49,049 nt of DNA from Dehalococcoidales bacterium (GCA_034411815.1 DAOUMH010000006.1:1-49049); one strand, 5' to 3'; counted from the stretch's first letter, positions 35,026 through 45,806 are shown. Numbers and translations are program-made. Notes: a model not told the origin generated them from the letters alone.

Positions 35026-35460
35026 ATGGAAAGCGAAGAGAAATTTATTAACATTTTAAGGGAGAACTTGCTCCACCTTAGACATCAAGAAACCCAGAGG
35101 ATGTGGTCCGCAAATGTATTTGTAGCAATTTTTGTCGGGGCATCAGCTTATTTAGGCAAAGAAGGGCTAACGGGGCTTCCATTAGCTATTCCCGTCGTTT
35201 TCCTTATAATCTCGCTTCTCTGTCTTTTGATCACCCTAAAGGTGAATTACGTATTCGCCAAAACTAAAGATGCAATTATAAAAATTTTTGACGACGGGAA
35301 AATATCTCTAGGAGAGCAACAAGATTGGGAGAAATATTTATTACTGCTGAAATCAACAGGTGGATGGGAATGCCTGAGAGTAAGGTTCTTATATATTGCT
35401 CTTTATGCTCTAGCTATAATGGCATCGCTCATTCTTATAGGGGTAGTACTAGCTAGTTAA
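35026..35460 (+). CDS. AT-rich 144-aa membrane protein (about 3 TM), unknown function, inserted between carA and carB
   Basis: RBS is GAAGGGGGTG. Predicted TM segments are WSANVFVAIFVGASAYL, LAIPVVFLIISLLCLLITL and FLYIALYALAIMASLILIGVVLA. No family was recognised. Confidence 0.55.
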   Translation: MESEEKFINILRENLLHLRHQETQRMWSANVFVAIFVGASAYLGKEGLTGLPLAIPVVFLIISLLCLLITLKVNYVFAKTKDAIIKIFDDGKISLGEQQDWEKYLLLLKSTGGWECLRVRFLYIALYALAIMASLILIGVVLAS

Positions 35461-35472
35461 GAGGAGTAAAGT

Positions 35473-38400
35473 TTGAAACCATCTAAAGTCTTAATTATCG
35501 GCTCGGGGCCCATCATCATCGGGCAGGCAGCGGAGTTTGACTACGCCGGCACGCAGGCGTGCAAGGCGATGCGGGAGGAGGGGGTAACCTCGGTGCTGGT
35601 CAACTCCAACCCGGCGACCATCATGACCGATGAGGGCATTGCCGATATCGTCTATATAGAGCCGCTCACCGTGGATATGGTTGCCCGCATCATCGAGCGC
35701 GAGCGCCCTGACGGGCTGTTGCCCACCCTCGGCGGTCAGACCGGGCTTAACCTTGCCGTCGACCTGGCTGATGCCGGCGTCCTAGATAAATACAATGTGA
35801 GGTCGCTGGGGACGCCGATACAGACGATAAGAAAGGCCGAAGACCGGGAGCTGTTCAAGCAGATGCTGATTGACATCGGCGAGCCGGTGCCACCGAGCGC
35901 CACCGTCAACACCCTGAAGCAAGCCAGGGGGATAGCCAGGAAGCTCGGGCTGCCACTGATAATCCGCCCCGCCTATACCCTGGGGGGAACGGGGGGGGGT
36001 GTAGCCACTACCCTGAAGGAGCTGGATAAAGCGGTAGCTACAGGACTGGCAGCCAGCCCTATTCACCAGGTGCTGCTGGAAAGCTCAGTAATCGGCTGGA
36101 AGGAGATTGAATACGAGGTGATGCGTGACGGCGCCGATAACTGCATCACCGTCTGTAATATGGAAAACCTTGACCCGATGGGGGTGCATACCGGCGACAG
36201 CATCGTAGTCGCTCCCAGCCAGACTATGACTAATAAAGAGTATCAGTTGCTAAGGACTGCCAGCCTCAAGATTATCCGCGCCCTCGGCGTTGAGGGCGGC
36301 TGTAATATACAATTTGCCCTTGACCCCTATAGCAATAACTACTACGTAATTGAGGTCAACCCCCGCGTCAGCCGCAGCTCAGCCCTGGCCAGTAAAGCCA
36401 CCGGCTATCCCATAGCCCGGGTAGCCGCCAAGATAGCGGTGGGCAAAAGGCTTGATGAAATCCCCAACGCAGTAACCGGCAAGACAATGGCTTCATTTGA
36501 GCCGGCACTGGACTATCTGGTGGTCAAGATCCCCCGCTGGCCTTTTGATAAATTCGCTTCGGGGGACCGGATCATTGGCACGCAGATGAAGGCCACCGGC
36601 GAGGTAATGGCTATTGACAGGTGCTTTGAGGCAGCCTTGCAGAAGGCGATACGCTCCCTGGAGTTTGGCAAGAGGTCGCTGCTATGGGAAGACCGAAAAT
36701 GGGAGATGGGAACAGATATCAACTCCTACCCGCTGGAACCCAGCGACCTGAGGTTATGGGTAATTATGGCTGCCCTCAGAAGGGGAATAAGCCCTGAAGA
36801 AATAACCGGGCGCACCAGGATTGACCTGTGGTTTTTGGATAAACTACGGAACATTGTAGATATGGAAAAACAATTGCTGTCTCAGACACTGACGCCGGAG
36901 CTTCTATGGCAGGCAAAACGGATGGGCTTCTCCGACGAGCAGATCGGAACCCTGGCCGACAGGCTCCCCGAGCAGGTAAGGCAGCTGCGCCATGGATGGA
37001 ACATCCGCCCGGTCTATAAGATGGTGGATACCTGCGCCGCCGAGTTTGATGCCGGCACCCCGTACTTCTACAGCTCCTACGAGCAGGAGAACGAGGCCGA
37101 GCCCATCCAGGGAAACAAAGCGGTGGTTATTGGCAGCGGCCCCATCCGCATCGGTCAGGGCATTGAATTTGACTACTGCAGTGTCCACTCCGCCTGGGCA
37201 TTACAGGAATCCGGATTCTCAAGCATCATGGTCAACTCCAATCCGGAAACGGTTTCCACCGACTTTGATACCAGTAACCGCCTCTACTTTGAAGCCCTGG
37301 ATGAAGAAAGCCTGCGCGATATTCTAGAAAACGAGGGAGGGCAAAATACCCCCCCACCATCCATAGTCCAGTTTGGTGGCCAGACCGCCATAAATCTGGC
37401 TGAGCCGCTATCTCACAGCGGGATGCCCCTCCTCGGTTCCAGTGCCGAGGCCATCGACCTGGCTGAAGACAGGCGAAGATTCGAGAACTTTCTTAACCAG
37501 ATGGGCATCCCCGAACCGCCGGGAGCCGGGGTAACCTCAACCGATGAAGCCCTCAGGGTGGCCAAGCTTATCGGCTACCCGGTATTGGTCCGCCCGAGCT
37601 ATGTCCTCGGCGGTAGAGCTATGGAGATAGTCCACAACGCCAGTGAGCTAATCCGCTATATGAGCCTGGCTATAGAGCTGGATACGAAACACCCTGTCCT
37701 CATTGACAAATATCTGGAAGGGAAAGAGGTAGAGGTCGATGCCGTGGGTGACGGGGAAAGTGTGCTCATTCCGGGAATAATGGAGCATATTGAACGGGCA
37801 GGGGTGCACAGTGGAGACTCGATGGCAGTCTATCCCGGGGTCAACCTGACCAAGCCAGAGGTAGAGACCATCGTGGACTATACAGTCCGAATAGGGCTGG
37901 GGCTTAAAATCAAGGGCTTAATGAATATCCAGTTCGTTATTATGCCCGATGGCGCCAATCAAGGGTCATCGGTTTATGTACTGGAGGTAAACCCCCGGGC
38001 CAGCCGTACCATACCGTTTATCTCCAAGGTGACCGGAGTACCGATAGTAAATGTGGCGACCAAGGTTATGCTGGGGACAAGCCTCAAGGAGCAGGGCTAT
38101 ACCACCGGGCTATGGCCAGAACAAAGGCTGGTCGGAATCAAAGCCCCGGTATTCTCCATGTCAAAATTGCTTGGCGTTGATACCCACCTCGGGCCCGAAA
38201 TGAAGTCCACCGGCGAGGTAATGGGGATTGACTATACCTTTGATGCCGCCCTGGCCAAGGCACTGCTAGCCGCCGGGATGATGCTATCGCCCCAGGGAGC
38301 CATCCTCTTCAGCATAGCCGACCGGGATAAGCCCGAAGCCCTGCCCATAATCAGGAAGTTCAATGAAGCCGGCTATAAACTCTATGCTACTGAAGGCACG

Positions 38401-38703
38401 GCGGCTATGATTAAGGCAATCGGTCTCCCGGTAAAGATGATAAGCAAGAAATTAAGCGAGGGGCATCCCAATATTATCGACCACATCACCGATGGGACGA
38501 TAAATGGCGTAGTCAACACCATAACCGGAGGTCGCATTCCACTAAGAGACGGCTTCCAGATCCGCCGGGCGGCGGCTGAGAAACGCATCCCATGCTTCAC
38601 CTCCCTTGACACCGCTAAAGCTACCGTGGAGGCTCTGGTCAATGGCACACAGATTTACAGCTCCCAACCCCTACCGAACTATCGGGCAAAGGAGTCAGCT
38701 TGA
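35473..38703 (+). CDS. carB: Carbamoyl-phosphate synthase large subunit
   Basis: TTG start follows GAGGAG. The 1076-aa protein has duplicated ATP-grasp halves and a C-terminal MGS-like domain. Confidence 0.97.
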   Translation: MKPSKVLIIGSGPIIIGQAAEFDYAGTQACKAMREEGVTSVLVNSNPATIMTDEGIADIVYIEPLTVDMVARIIERERPDGLLPTLGGQTGLNLAVDLADAGVLDKYNVRSLGTPIQTIRKAEDRELFKQMLIDIGEPVPPSATVNTLKQARGIARKLGLPLIIRPAYTLGGTGGGVATTLKELDKAVATGLAASPIHQVLLESSVIGWKEIEYEVMRDGADNCITVCNMENLDPMGVHTGDSIVVAPSQTMTNKEYQLLRTASLKIIRALGVEGGCNIQFALDPYSNNYYVIEVNPRVSRSSALASKATGYPIARVAAKIAVGKRLDEIPNAVTGKTMASFEPALDYLVVKIPRWPFDKFASGDRIIGTQMKATGEVMAIDRCFEAALQKAIRSLEFGKRSLLWEDRKWEMGTDINSYPLEPSDLRLWVIMAALRRGISPEEITGRTRIDLWFLDKLRNIVDMEKQLLSQTLTPELLWQAKRMGFSDEQIGTLADRLPEQVRQLRHGWNIRPVYKMVDTCAAEFDAGTPYFYSSYEQENEAEPIQGNKAVVIGSGPIRIGQGIEFDYCSVHSAWALQESGFSSIMVNSNPETVSTDFDTSNRLYFEALDEESLRDILENEGGQNTPPPSIVQFGGQTAINLAEPLSHSGMPLLGSSAEAIDLAEDRRRFENFLNQMGIPEPPGAGVTSTDEALRVAKLIGYPVLVRPSYVLGGRAMEIVHNASELIRYMSLAIELDTKHPVLIDKYLEGKEVEVDAVGDGESVLIPGIMEHIERAGVHSGDSMAVYPGVNLTKPEVETIVDYTVRIGLGLKIKGLMNIQFVIMPDGANQGSSVYVLEVNPRASRTIPFISKVTGVPIVNVATKVMLGTSLKEQGYTTGLWPEQRLVGIKAPVFSMSKLLGVDTHLGPEMKSTGEVMGIDYTFDAALAKALLAAGMMLSPQGAILFSIADRDKPEALPIIRKFNEAGYKLYATEGTAAMIKAIGLPVKMISKKLSEGHPNIIDHITDGTINGVVNTITGGRIPLRDGFQIRRAAAEKRIPCFTSLDTAKATVEALVNGTQIYSSQPLPNYRAKESA

Positions 38704-39500
38704 ATCGAGGCAAGGCACCTATCATTGCCAACACCGAGGTCATGCCAAGGGCTTACCTCATCTGGCTGGAATCACCCCAGATAGCCTCTGAAGCCAAGCC
38801 GGGACAATTTGTCATGGTGAACTGCGGGAAAGAAAGTGTCCTTCCCCGTCCCCTCAGCATCTACAAAACAAACGAGCAAGGAATAGAACTGCTATACAAG
38901 CTGGTCGGTAAAGGTACCCGATGGCTATCACGGCGTCAAGAAGGCGAGACGGTGGAGCTGTTCGGCCCACTCGGCAATAGCTTTACTATCCACCCCCCCT
39001 CAAAAAACCTGCTTCTGGTAGCCGGAGGTATCGGCATCGCCCCGCTGAGATTTCTGGCCGATGAAGCCATCAAGCAGGGGAGGAATATTACATTAGCCCT
39101 GGGACACACACAGGGAGCCTCGTTAAACTTACTGTTACAGCAAATAACGGAAGTAAAAGCTGAAGCTAGTAAAAATAAAGTAGCGGCAAGAATCGTCCCT
39201 GTCTCTGAAGACGGCACTCTCGGTATAAAGGGTCTGGTCACCAATACCCTTGAAAATTTATGCCCTGACGCAGACCAAGTCTTCGCCTGCGGGCCACTGC
39301 CGATGTACCAGGAGATGGCACGGCTGCCCGAGCTACAAAACAAGTCGGTTCAGATTTCTCTGGAGGTAAGGATGGGGTGCGGGCGCGGGGTCTGCTACGG
39401 GTGCACGGTGAAGACAAGAAACGGGCCAAAGCAGGTATGTAAGGACGGCCCGGTATTTGACCTGGATAATATCCTCTGGAATGAGCTAGACTACCTATAA
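38700..39500 (+). CDS. pyrK: Dihydroorotate dehydrogenase electron-transfer (FAD/2Fe-2S) subunit
   Basis: TTG start overlaps the carB stop (TTGA). The C-terminal cluster motif is [10 protein letters not shown]. Confidence 0.88.
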   Translation: MNRGKAPIIANTEVMPRAYLIWLESPQIASEAKPGQFVMVNCGKESVLPRPLSIYKTNEQGIELLYKLVGKGTRWLSRRQEGETVELFGPLGNSFTIHPPSKNLLLVAGGIGIAPLRFLADEAIKQGRNITLALGHTQGASLNLLLQQITEVKAEASKNKVAARIVPVSEDGTLGIKGLVTNTLENLCPDADQVFACGPLPMYQEMARLPELQNKSVQISLEVRMGCGRGVCYGCTVKTRNGPKQVCKDGPVFDLDNILWNELDYL

Positions 39501-39543
39501 CAGAAGTTTAAGGGGGGCTTCTTCCCTCCTCAGGAGGTGCATC

Positions 39544-39960
39544 ATGGTAATCACCAAGAGGATTAGCCTTCAAAGTAACGGGAACTGTGACATTATCGAT
39601 ATTACGCCTCAGGTAGAGCAGCAGGTAGCTGAGGCAAACATAACCAGCGGGACGGCTACCCTGTTTGTGGCCGGCTCAACTGCGGGAATATCTACCATTG
39701 AATTTGAGTCCGGCTTGCTCTCAGACTTCCAGAATATGTGGGAGCGTAATATCCCCAAAAACATCCCCTATAACCACGACCGCCGCTGGGGTGATGGCAA
39801 CGGACACTCCCATGTCCGCGCCTCACTGCTAGGAGCCTCGCTAGTAATCCCCTTCAATGACAAAAAATTAACCCTGGGCACCTGGCAGCAGATAGTCCTG
39901 GTTGATTTCGATAACCGCCCCAGGTTGAGAGAGATAGTATTGCAAATTATGGGCGAGTAG
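39544..39960 (+). CDS. yjbQ: YjbQ/UPF0047 family protein (secondary thiamine-phosphate synthase-like)
   Basis: Motifs HSHVRASLLG and LGTWQQI are typical of UPF0047. Confidence 0.82.
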   Translation: MVITKRISLQSNGNCDIIDITPQVEQQVAEANITSGTATLFVAGSTAGISTIEFESGLLSDFQNMWERNIPKNIPYNHDRRWGDGNGHSHVRASLLGASLVIPFNDKKLTLGTWQQIVLVDFDNRPRLREIVLQIMGE

Positions 39961-39966
39961 GCAATC

Positions 39967-39996
39967 TTGACTTCGGTTTAAAGCAAGGCTTATAAT
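39967..39996 (+). promoter_or_regulatory. Candidate promoter TTGACT-18 nt-TATAAT for the desulforedoxin-like genes
   Basis: TTGACT at 39967-39972 and TATAAT at 39991-39996. Confidence 0.5.
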
Positions 39997-40063
39997 CATA
40001 CTGATTCTAAGCGGCACTAGAGGGTAATAGGGTTAAAGGACCTCTCTAGAAAGGTGGTATAAA

Positions 40064-40183
40064 ACGGCAAATCAGATAGGAAAGAGGTATCGCTGCCCCA
40101 AGTGTGGCTCTGAGTTCATAGTTACCAAGGGGGGTGACGGTACAATTAACTGCTGTGGCCAGCCCATGGAGCTAAAGAAATAA
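40064..40183 (+). CDS. Desulforedoxin-like mini-protein (about 39 aa), copy 1; ACG sits where copy 2 has ATG
   Basis: Below the ORF-track size cutoff. The translation is TANQIGKRYRCPKCGSEFIVTKGGDGTINCCGQPMELKK*. It has the C-x2-C...C-C pattern of D. gigas desulforedoxin (YKCELCGQVV..GGGTLVCCGEDM). An RBS, AAGGTGG, lies 6 nt upstream of the ACG. There is no in-frame ATG, GTG or TTG after the stop at 40034. Confidence 0.5.
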   Translation, partial: TANQIGKRYRCPKCGSEFIVTKGGDGTINCCGQPMELKK

Positions 40184-40212
40184 AGCAAAACCTCAAGGAC
40201 TGCAATTATTTG

Positions 40213-40356
40213 ATGTCCAATCAACTAGGTAAGAGATATCGCTGTCAGACCTGTGGTAGTGAAACACTATGCACCAAAGCCGGCGAGGGCACGGTCACCT
40301 GTTGTGGTAAGAAAATGGAAATCCAAGAACCAAGGCGAATCCCTTCCTCAGACTAG
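40213..40356 (+). CDS. Desulforedoxin-like mini-protein (47 aa), copy 2
   Basis: The translation is MSNQLGKRYRCQTCGSETLCTKAGEGTVTCCGKKMEIQEPRRIPSSD*. It is a paralog of copy 1. Confidence 0.65.
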   Translation: MSNQLGKRYRCQTCGSETLCTKAGEGTVTCCGKKMEIQEPRRIPSSD

Positions 40357-40500
40357 GCAAGATACCAGTAACAAGGTGTTCTATCCCCCAGCGGCAATCC
40401 CTCTGTAGCATCTAACTTCATCAAGCACCCATCCCCACTTAGTAATTGATGCCGCTTATATAATTGGAGCTAAGCATCAAGAGGGCACCCCGATAATAGC

Positions 40501-41067
40501 CTATTTACCCTGCAGCAGTGAGAAGAACTCGGTTCTGGTTTCTGTTTTGTTGCGAAAGGCTCCCCTGATAGCCGAGGTGATTATGTTGCTCCCTGGTTTT
40601 TTGACGCCGCGCATAATCATACACAGGTGCTCAGCCTGCAAAACCACGGCTACCCCGGAAGGCTTAAGCCCCTCCATAATGGCATCAGCAATGTCAGAGG
40701 TCATCCTCTCCTGAATCTGGGGGCGCTTGGCCACAATCTCCACCACACGAGCCAGCTTGCTAAGCCCTACCACCCGCCCACTGACATCAGGAATATAACC
40801 TATATGAACCACACCATAAAAAGGCAAAAGGTGATGCTCACACATGGAATAAAAGGGGATGTCTCTCACTATTACCATTTCCCGGTGTCCCAACTCATAG
40901 CCCACCGCCAGTTCTTCCCTAGGGTCAATATCCAGCCCCCTGAAAAGCTCGGCATACATCTCAGCCACACGCCTCGGCGTATCCACCAAGCCTTCCCTTT
41001 CAGGGTCCTCCCCGATGGCCTTGATGATAGCAACTACTGCTTTTCTAACCTCTGCCTCGTCAATCAA
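40501..41067 (-). CDS. folE: GTP cyclohydrolase I
   Basis: Motifs are FYSMCEHHLLPFYG and QERMT. Confidence 0.95.
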   Translation of the reverse strand: MIDEAEVRKAVVAIIKAIGEDPEREGLVDTPRRVAEMYAELFRGLDIDPREELAVGYELGHREMVIVRDIPFYSMCEHHLLPFYGVVHIGYIPDVSGRVVGLSKLARVVEIVAKRPQIQERMTSDIADAIMEGLKPSGVAVVLQAEHLCMIMRGVKKPGSNIITSAIRGAFRNKTETRTEFFSLLQGK

Positions 41068-41078
41068 TCTGGTCCTCC

Positions 41079-41657
41079 TTAACTCTTGCCATAGACCTCA
41101 CGGTCAAGGCTCCTCATTGCATCCTTGTCTGTGGTAACATAAAGCTCGTGCCCCAGATACAGTATAGGGTCAACCCTGCTCAAATCCAGCGTTCCCTCCG
41201 GGGTAAAGGCTTCCCTCAGCATATGCACTGCTACAATCTCCCCCACCAACCACCTGTGGTCGCCATAAGCCCTGTCATCAACCAACCTGCACTCATAGGC
41301 AGCATAGGCAGCTTGCAGGATTGGCACGGCCGTCTTCACCGGCTCTTCTCTGGCAATATTATACCGATGAAACTTATCCGCCTCGCTACCGCTGCTGCCA
41401 CCTACAGCGGCAACCATCTCAGCCTCAGTAAAGGGCAAAAAATTAATCCCGAACTCCTTACTGTCAGCAATAAGCTGATAGGTAAACCTCTTGGGAGAGA
41501 CAGACACCCCGTAAAGAGGCGGTTTAAAGGAGATAGACGCATGCCAAGCTACTGCCATAGCGTTGTCCTTCCCCTTAGCCTGAGCGGTAACCACGACAGC
41601 TAATCTGGGGAGATGCTGATAGAATTCCCCTATACCCTCGCTAATCACCTTGGTCAT
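41079..41657 (-). CDS. Flavin reductase-like (FMN-binding split-barrel) protein
   Basis: MAVAWHASISFKPPLYGVSV is typical of the flavin reductase-like domain. Confidence 0.82.
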   Translation of the reverse strand: MTKVISEGIGEFYQHLPRLAVVVTAQAKGKDNAMAVAWHASISFKPPLYGVSVSPKRFTYQLIADSKEFGINFLPFTEAEMVAAVGGSSGSEADKFHRYNIAREEPVKTAVPILQAAYAAYECRLVDDRAYGDHRWLVGEIVAVHMLREAFTPEGTLDLSRVDPILYLGHELYVTTDKDAMRSLDREVYGKS

Positions 41658-41714
41658 TGACTAGCCCTCCTTAACCTCGCTGAGAATTCCTGATAGTCTT
41701 CAGCCCTGCGGGTG

Positions 41715-42767
41715 TCAACCCCACCCCAAAGCCTGCTCTACAGCTACTAAATCAGCCGGCAACTCCAGGAAGGGTTCAACGCTTTTCAGGGCGGTATCGG
41801 TATCCTTCAGTCCGGTACCCGTAACCACGCAAACCACCCTCTTCTGTGAGAAGTCCATCCCCTGCTGGGAAAGTTTAAAAAGCCCGGCCAGAGAAGCCGC
41901 CGAAGCTGGCTCACCAAAGATCCCTCCCTTGACAGCCATCTGCTTCTGGGCAGCTAGAATTTCTTCATCGCTAACCATATCAATAAGACCGCCGGACTCA
42001 TCACGGGCAGCCACCGCCCTCCGCCAGCTAGCTGGATTACCTATCCGTATCGCTGAGGCAACAGTCTCCGGTTCCTTAACAACACTGCCCCGAACAATGG
42101 GGGCCGCCCCCTCGGCTTGAAACCCCATCATCCTGGGTTTATTCCCCGCCCTGCCTGCCTGACAATACTCCACAAAGCCCTTCCAATAGGCAGTAATATT
42201 ACCGGCATTACCTACCGGAATAAACAGATAATCAGGAGCCTCTCCTAAGACATCGATAATCTCAAAGGCTGCCGTCTTCTGCCCCTCTATCCGGTAGGGA
42301 TTAAGGGAGTTCACCAGGGTAACAGGGTGCTTCTCGGTTAACTCCCGCACTATGCTCAGGGCCTGGTCAAAGTTTCCGTCTATGGCGACTATCTTGGCTC
42401 CGTAGATAATAGCCTGAGCCAGCTTACCCAGAGCAATCTTCCCTTCAGGCACAACAATGATGGCGGTAAGCCCGCAGTAAGCGGCATAGGCAGCGGCTGA
42501 AGCACTGGTGTTACCGGTTGAAGCACACATTACAGCCTTACTGCCCGCCTCCAATACCTTGGCTACAGCAACCACCATCCCCCTGTCCTTAAAGGAACCG
42601 GTAGGATTACACCCCTCCAGCTTAAAGTACAGCTCGCCACAACCAATCCCTTTCTCCAGCCCCTTACACCTGACCAGAGGGGTATCCCCCTCCCCCAGAG
42701 AGAATAAAGGCGTATCAGGTGTAACCGGAAGAAAATCTTTATATTTAGCCAGAACCCCTGTTTTCAT
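41715..42767 (-). CDS. thrC: Threonine synthase
   Basis: The PLP lysine motif is NPTGSFKDRG. The glycine loop is the VTGTG region. Confidence 0.94.
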   Translation of the reverse strand: MKTGVLAKYKDFLPVTPDTPLFSLGEGDTPLVRCKGLEKGIGCGELYFKLEGCNPTGSFKDRGMVVAVAKVLEAGSKAVMCASTGNTSASAAAYAAYCGLTAIIVVPEGKIALGKLAQAIIYGAKIVAIDGNFDQALSIVRELTEKHPVTLVNSLNPYRIEGQKTAAFEIIDVLGEAPDYLFIPVGNAGNITAYWKGFVEYCQAGRAGNKPRMMGFQAEGAAPIVRGSVVKEPETVASAIRIGNPASWRRAVAARDESGGLIDMVSDEEILAAQKQMAVKGGIFGEPASAASLAGLFKLSQQGMDFSQKRVVCVVTGTGLKDTDTALKSVEPFLELPADLVAVEQALGWG

Positions 42768-42815
42768 CTTCCCCCTTCCCGCAAATTATTGCCACCACCT
42801 CGATGCCCGGTCCGG

Positions 42816-44081
42816 TTACCAACCCCCCACAGCCTTCTCTACCGCCCACAACTTCTTCTCGTCATCCAGGTAGCTATCATCAATCTCGTTTTCAGGGTCC
42901 TCCCACAACGAGGCGACCCAATCATTCAAAGCCGCGGTCTTCAACAAATCCCTGTCCTCCTCTGAAAGCTCCCTGTTACCATCCTCATCCAAAACCTTTA
43001 ATAGCCAGCAGCCCCCTGTGGTCGTAACGGTATCATCACGAATAGGCTCACTCAGTGTCTCCAGCTCGGCGCTAAAAATAAAGTCGTCAACGGCTGAGCC
43101 CAGCATCCCGTTGGCCACCCAACCCAAATCCCCCCCGCTACCCGAGGCACCATACTGGGAAAGCTCATCAGCCAGAGTGGCAAAATCCTCGCCAGCCTCC
43201 AGCCGGACCCTTACTGCCTGCGCCTGCTGTTCACTACCCAACAATATGGCTTGAATATGAGCTGTCCCTGCATCGTCGTCCCTCTCCAAGACCTCCACCA
43301 GCCAGTAGCCCACTTCCTTGGTTACCGTTTCATCATATACCGGCTGGCTTAATACCCCCACCCCAGAGTTGAAGGCATAATCACCGGGTACGGAGGTAGC
43401 CAGTAGCTCAGCCAAGGCATCCTCGGGGTGCCAGCCAAGGTCACCCCCCTCTGACTTGGAAAGGCTCTCCAGTGAAAGCTCGCCCGCCAGATTGCCAAAA
43501 TCCTCGCCACTATCCAGTCCAGCTCTAACCTCGGTTGCCTGGCTTCCATCCTCCAGTAACATTGCCATCATATGCCTCTGCTCAGCGGATACCGGTACCT
43601 CCTGGTCAAAGTACTCCTCAAGCAGCCTGTCTGCCAGCAACTCTACCCTCACCACATCCCTATAGTCATCACTCAAGGGCGGGTCATGGCTTTTCAGCTT
43701 TTCCTCAACCTCCGCGCTACTGACACTAACCCCTAACCCCAGAGCCCCCTGTCTTACCAACTCATTTTGTTCGATATTCTTTACCACACCATCAACTATG
43801 CCATACATATAGTAGCTAGACTGACCACCCCCGTATACCCTGAGCATCTTTATGTAATAATTCATATCGAACTTGGTATCATTTACCTTGATTACCGCCT
43901 GGTGCAGTGGCTGATATTGATTAACATACCACCCCACCCCCACAAGCCCTAGAACAACCACAACGATGCAAATCCCTATGCCCTGAATGAGACGCTGCCT
44001 CTTCTTCTGTTGCTGCCACCGGGAAAGCTGGCGCTTGGTAAACTCGGGCCTAGGTTTCTCTACCTTCTTCTTTTTAGCCAA
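42816..44081 (-). CDS. Membrane-anchored parvulin-type peptidyl-prolyl isomerase (two PpiC domains)
   Basis: Has an N-terminal TM segment (GIGICIVVVVLGLVGVGWYV) and two GGDLGW motifs. Confidence 0.8.
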   Translation of the reverse strand: MAKKKKVEKPRPEFTKRQLSRWQQQKKRQRLIQGIGICIVVVVLGLVGVGWYVNQYQPLHQAVIKVNDTKFDMNYYIKMLRVYGGGQSSYYMYGIVDGVVKNIEQNELVRQGALGLGVSVSSAEVEEKLKSHDPPLSDDYRDVVRVELLADRLLEEYFDQEVPVSAEQRHMMAMLLEDGSQATEVRAGLDSGEDFGNLAGELSLESLSKSEGGDLGWHPEDALAELLATSVPGDYAFNSGVGVLSQPVYDETVTKEVGYWLVEVLERDDDAGTAHIQAILLGSEQQAQAVRVRLEAGEDFATLADELSQYGASGSGGDLGWVANGMLGSAVDDFIFSAELETLSEPIRDDTVTTTGGCWLLKVLDEDGNRELSEEDRDLLKTAALNDWVASLWEDPENEIDDSYLDDEKKLWAVEKAVGGW

Positions 44082-44185
44082 ACCTAATCCCCCTCCCTAG
44101 TAAAATAGTCCTCCCCTGATACCCAACTTCACACCATATTTATAACGCAAAACTACAACCTTTTCAAACATAGCCCCCGCCACAA

Positions 44186-44210
44186 ATAAAAAAGGCGAGC
44201 CTTTCTCGCC
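44186..44210 (-). terminator. Rho-independent terminator downstream of mazG
   Basis: On the minus strand the sequence is GGCGAG-aaaggc-CTCGCC followed by TTTTTTTATTT. Confidence 0.65.
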
Positions 44211-44233
44211 CTGGCTCATCCATAGCCCCCGTC

Positions 44234-45013
44234 CTACCCCTTCACACTCTTCGCTTCCTCCCACAGGGTGTTCTGCTCATCAAAGGACAGCTTGCTCAGT
44301 TCCAGCCCGCGCTGGCGGCAGAGCTCTTCCATATATGCGAAGCGGCGATAAAACCGTTGGTTAGTCTGTCTCAACGCTGCCTCTAGGTCAATCCCCAGTC
44401 GGCGGGCAATGTTAGCCAAGGTAAAAAGCATGTCACCAAACTCCTGTGTCTTCTGCCGCTGACTACCGGCTTGCCTAAACTCGATAACCTCCTCGGCCAG
44501 CCTGTCTATAATGCCATCAACCTCCTCCCAGTCGAAGCCGACCTGCGCCACCCGGTGCTGAATCTCCTGACTGTAACCCAGGGCAGGCATTTGCTTGGGC
44601 ACACCAGCCAGCATAGAAGTACCGGACTCCCTCTCCTCCTTCTTGAGAACCTCCCAGTTATGTGCCACCTCGTCAGCATCCTTTACCTTTAATGTGCCAA
44701 AGATGTGGGGGTGGCGATGAATCAGCTTGGTGTTGATACCGTTGATTACATCCCCCACCTCAAATTCCCCGGCTTCAGCGGCAATCTGCGCCTGGAGAAC
44801 GACCTGCATCAGCAGGTCTCCCAACTCACCACAAAGCCTCTCGGCATCCCCCTCGTCCAGAGCCTCCAGCACCTCATAGCACTCCTGAAGCAGGCTCTGA
44901 CGGAGAGAGGTATGGGTCTGCTCCCGGTCCCAGGGGCAACCATCGGGGGCTCGCAACTTGGCAATAATGCCCACCAAAGAGGCGAAGCGATTGAGGTCTT
45001 GAGGTAGAGTCAA
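44234..45013 (-). CDS. mazG: MazG nucleoside triphosphate pyrophosphohydrolase
   Basis: The likely TTG start at 45013 is 5 nt after GGAGG. Motifs are CPWDREQTH and the duplicated EExxE regions. The ORF-track start is at 45067. Confidence 0.88.
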   Translation of the reverse strand: MTLPQDLNRFASLVGIIAKLRAPDGCPWDREQTHTSLRQSLLQECYEVLEALDEGDAERLCGELGDLLMQVVLQAQIAAEAGEFEVGDVINGINTKLIHRHPHIFGTLKVKDADEVAHNWEVLKKEERESGTSMLAGVPKQMPALGYSQEIQHRVAQVGFDWEEVDGIIDRLAEEVIEFRQAGSQRQKTQEFGDMLFTLANIARRLGIDLEAALRQTNQRFYRRFAYMEELCRQRGLELSKLSFDEQNTLWEEAKSVKG

Positions 45014-45110
45014 TGTATCCTCCTTAAACCACCACAGATTATAACAAGCCAGCCCAGAACCAGGCAATACAAGAAAACATCGCCAGGGAGGACATTAACT
45101 CAGGAGGTTA

Positions 45111-45806
45111 TTACCTCCGCCCTAAACCCACCGCCAGAAGCACAAAGTAGAAAAGCTGGGCTACCGCCTGGAGCAAAGCCGCCACATAGGTCAGAGCCGC
45201 CGCCGACAGAACAGCGCTGGCACCCTCGTATTCACGCGCTGAAACCAGCCCGCTAGCCTGCAGCATCTGCCGAGCGCGATTTGAGGCATCATACTCCACT
45301 GGCAGGGTAACCAGGGCGAAAAGGACTGCTGCCGCAAACAGGTATACCCCTACCCAGGTAACCGTCAGCCCGAAGCCAGCACCAAACATATAGAGTATCA
45401 GACCAAGGATGACACAGATAAAACCAAACCGGCTTCCCAGGCTGGCTACCGGAACCAGCGCGCTCCGCACCCTCATCGGGGCATAGCCCCTGCTATCCTG
45501 AACAGCATGCCCCACCTCATGAGCAACGATACCCAATGCCGCCACCGAGGGGATTCTGGCTACCCCGGACGACAACCGTAGTACCTTCCGCCTCGGGTCG
45601 TAGTGGTCGGTCAGCTGCCCCTTGGTGCCCTCAATCCCGACTTGCTTGAGGCCACTATAAGCCAACAGGGTCTGCGCTGCTTGAAACCCGTTCACGCCAC
45701 CCATATTGGGCACCCTAGAATACTTCTTATAGGCCGACGTTACCCTTGACTGCGCCCAAATCATAAAGACTAGCGGAGGTAACATAAAAAGTAGATACAA
45801 TAACAT
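45111..45806 (-). CDS. Membrane zinc metallopeptidase (YugP-like)
   Basis: Has the HEVGHAVQ (HExxH) motif plus flanking TM segments. Confidence 0.8.
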   Translation of the reverse strand: MLLYLLFMLPPLVFMIWAQSRVTSAYKKYSRVPNMGGVNGFQAAQTLLAYSGLKQVGIEGTKGQLTDHYDPRRKVLRLSSGVARIPSVAALGIVAHEVGHAVQDSRGYAPMRVRSALVPVASLGSRFGFICVILGLILYMFGAGFGLTVTWVGVYLFAAAVLFALVTLPVEYDASNRARQMLQASGLVSAREYEGASAVLSAAALTYVAALLQAVAQLFYFVLLAVGLGRR

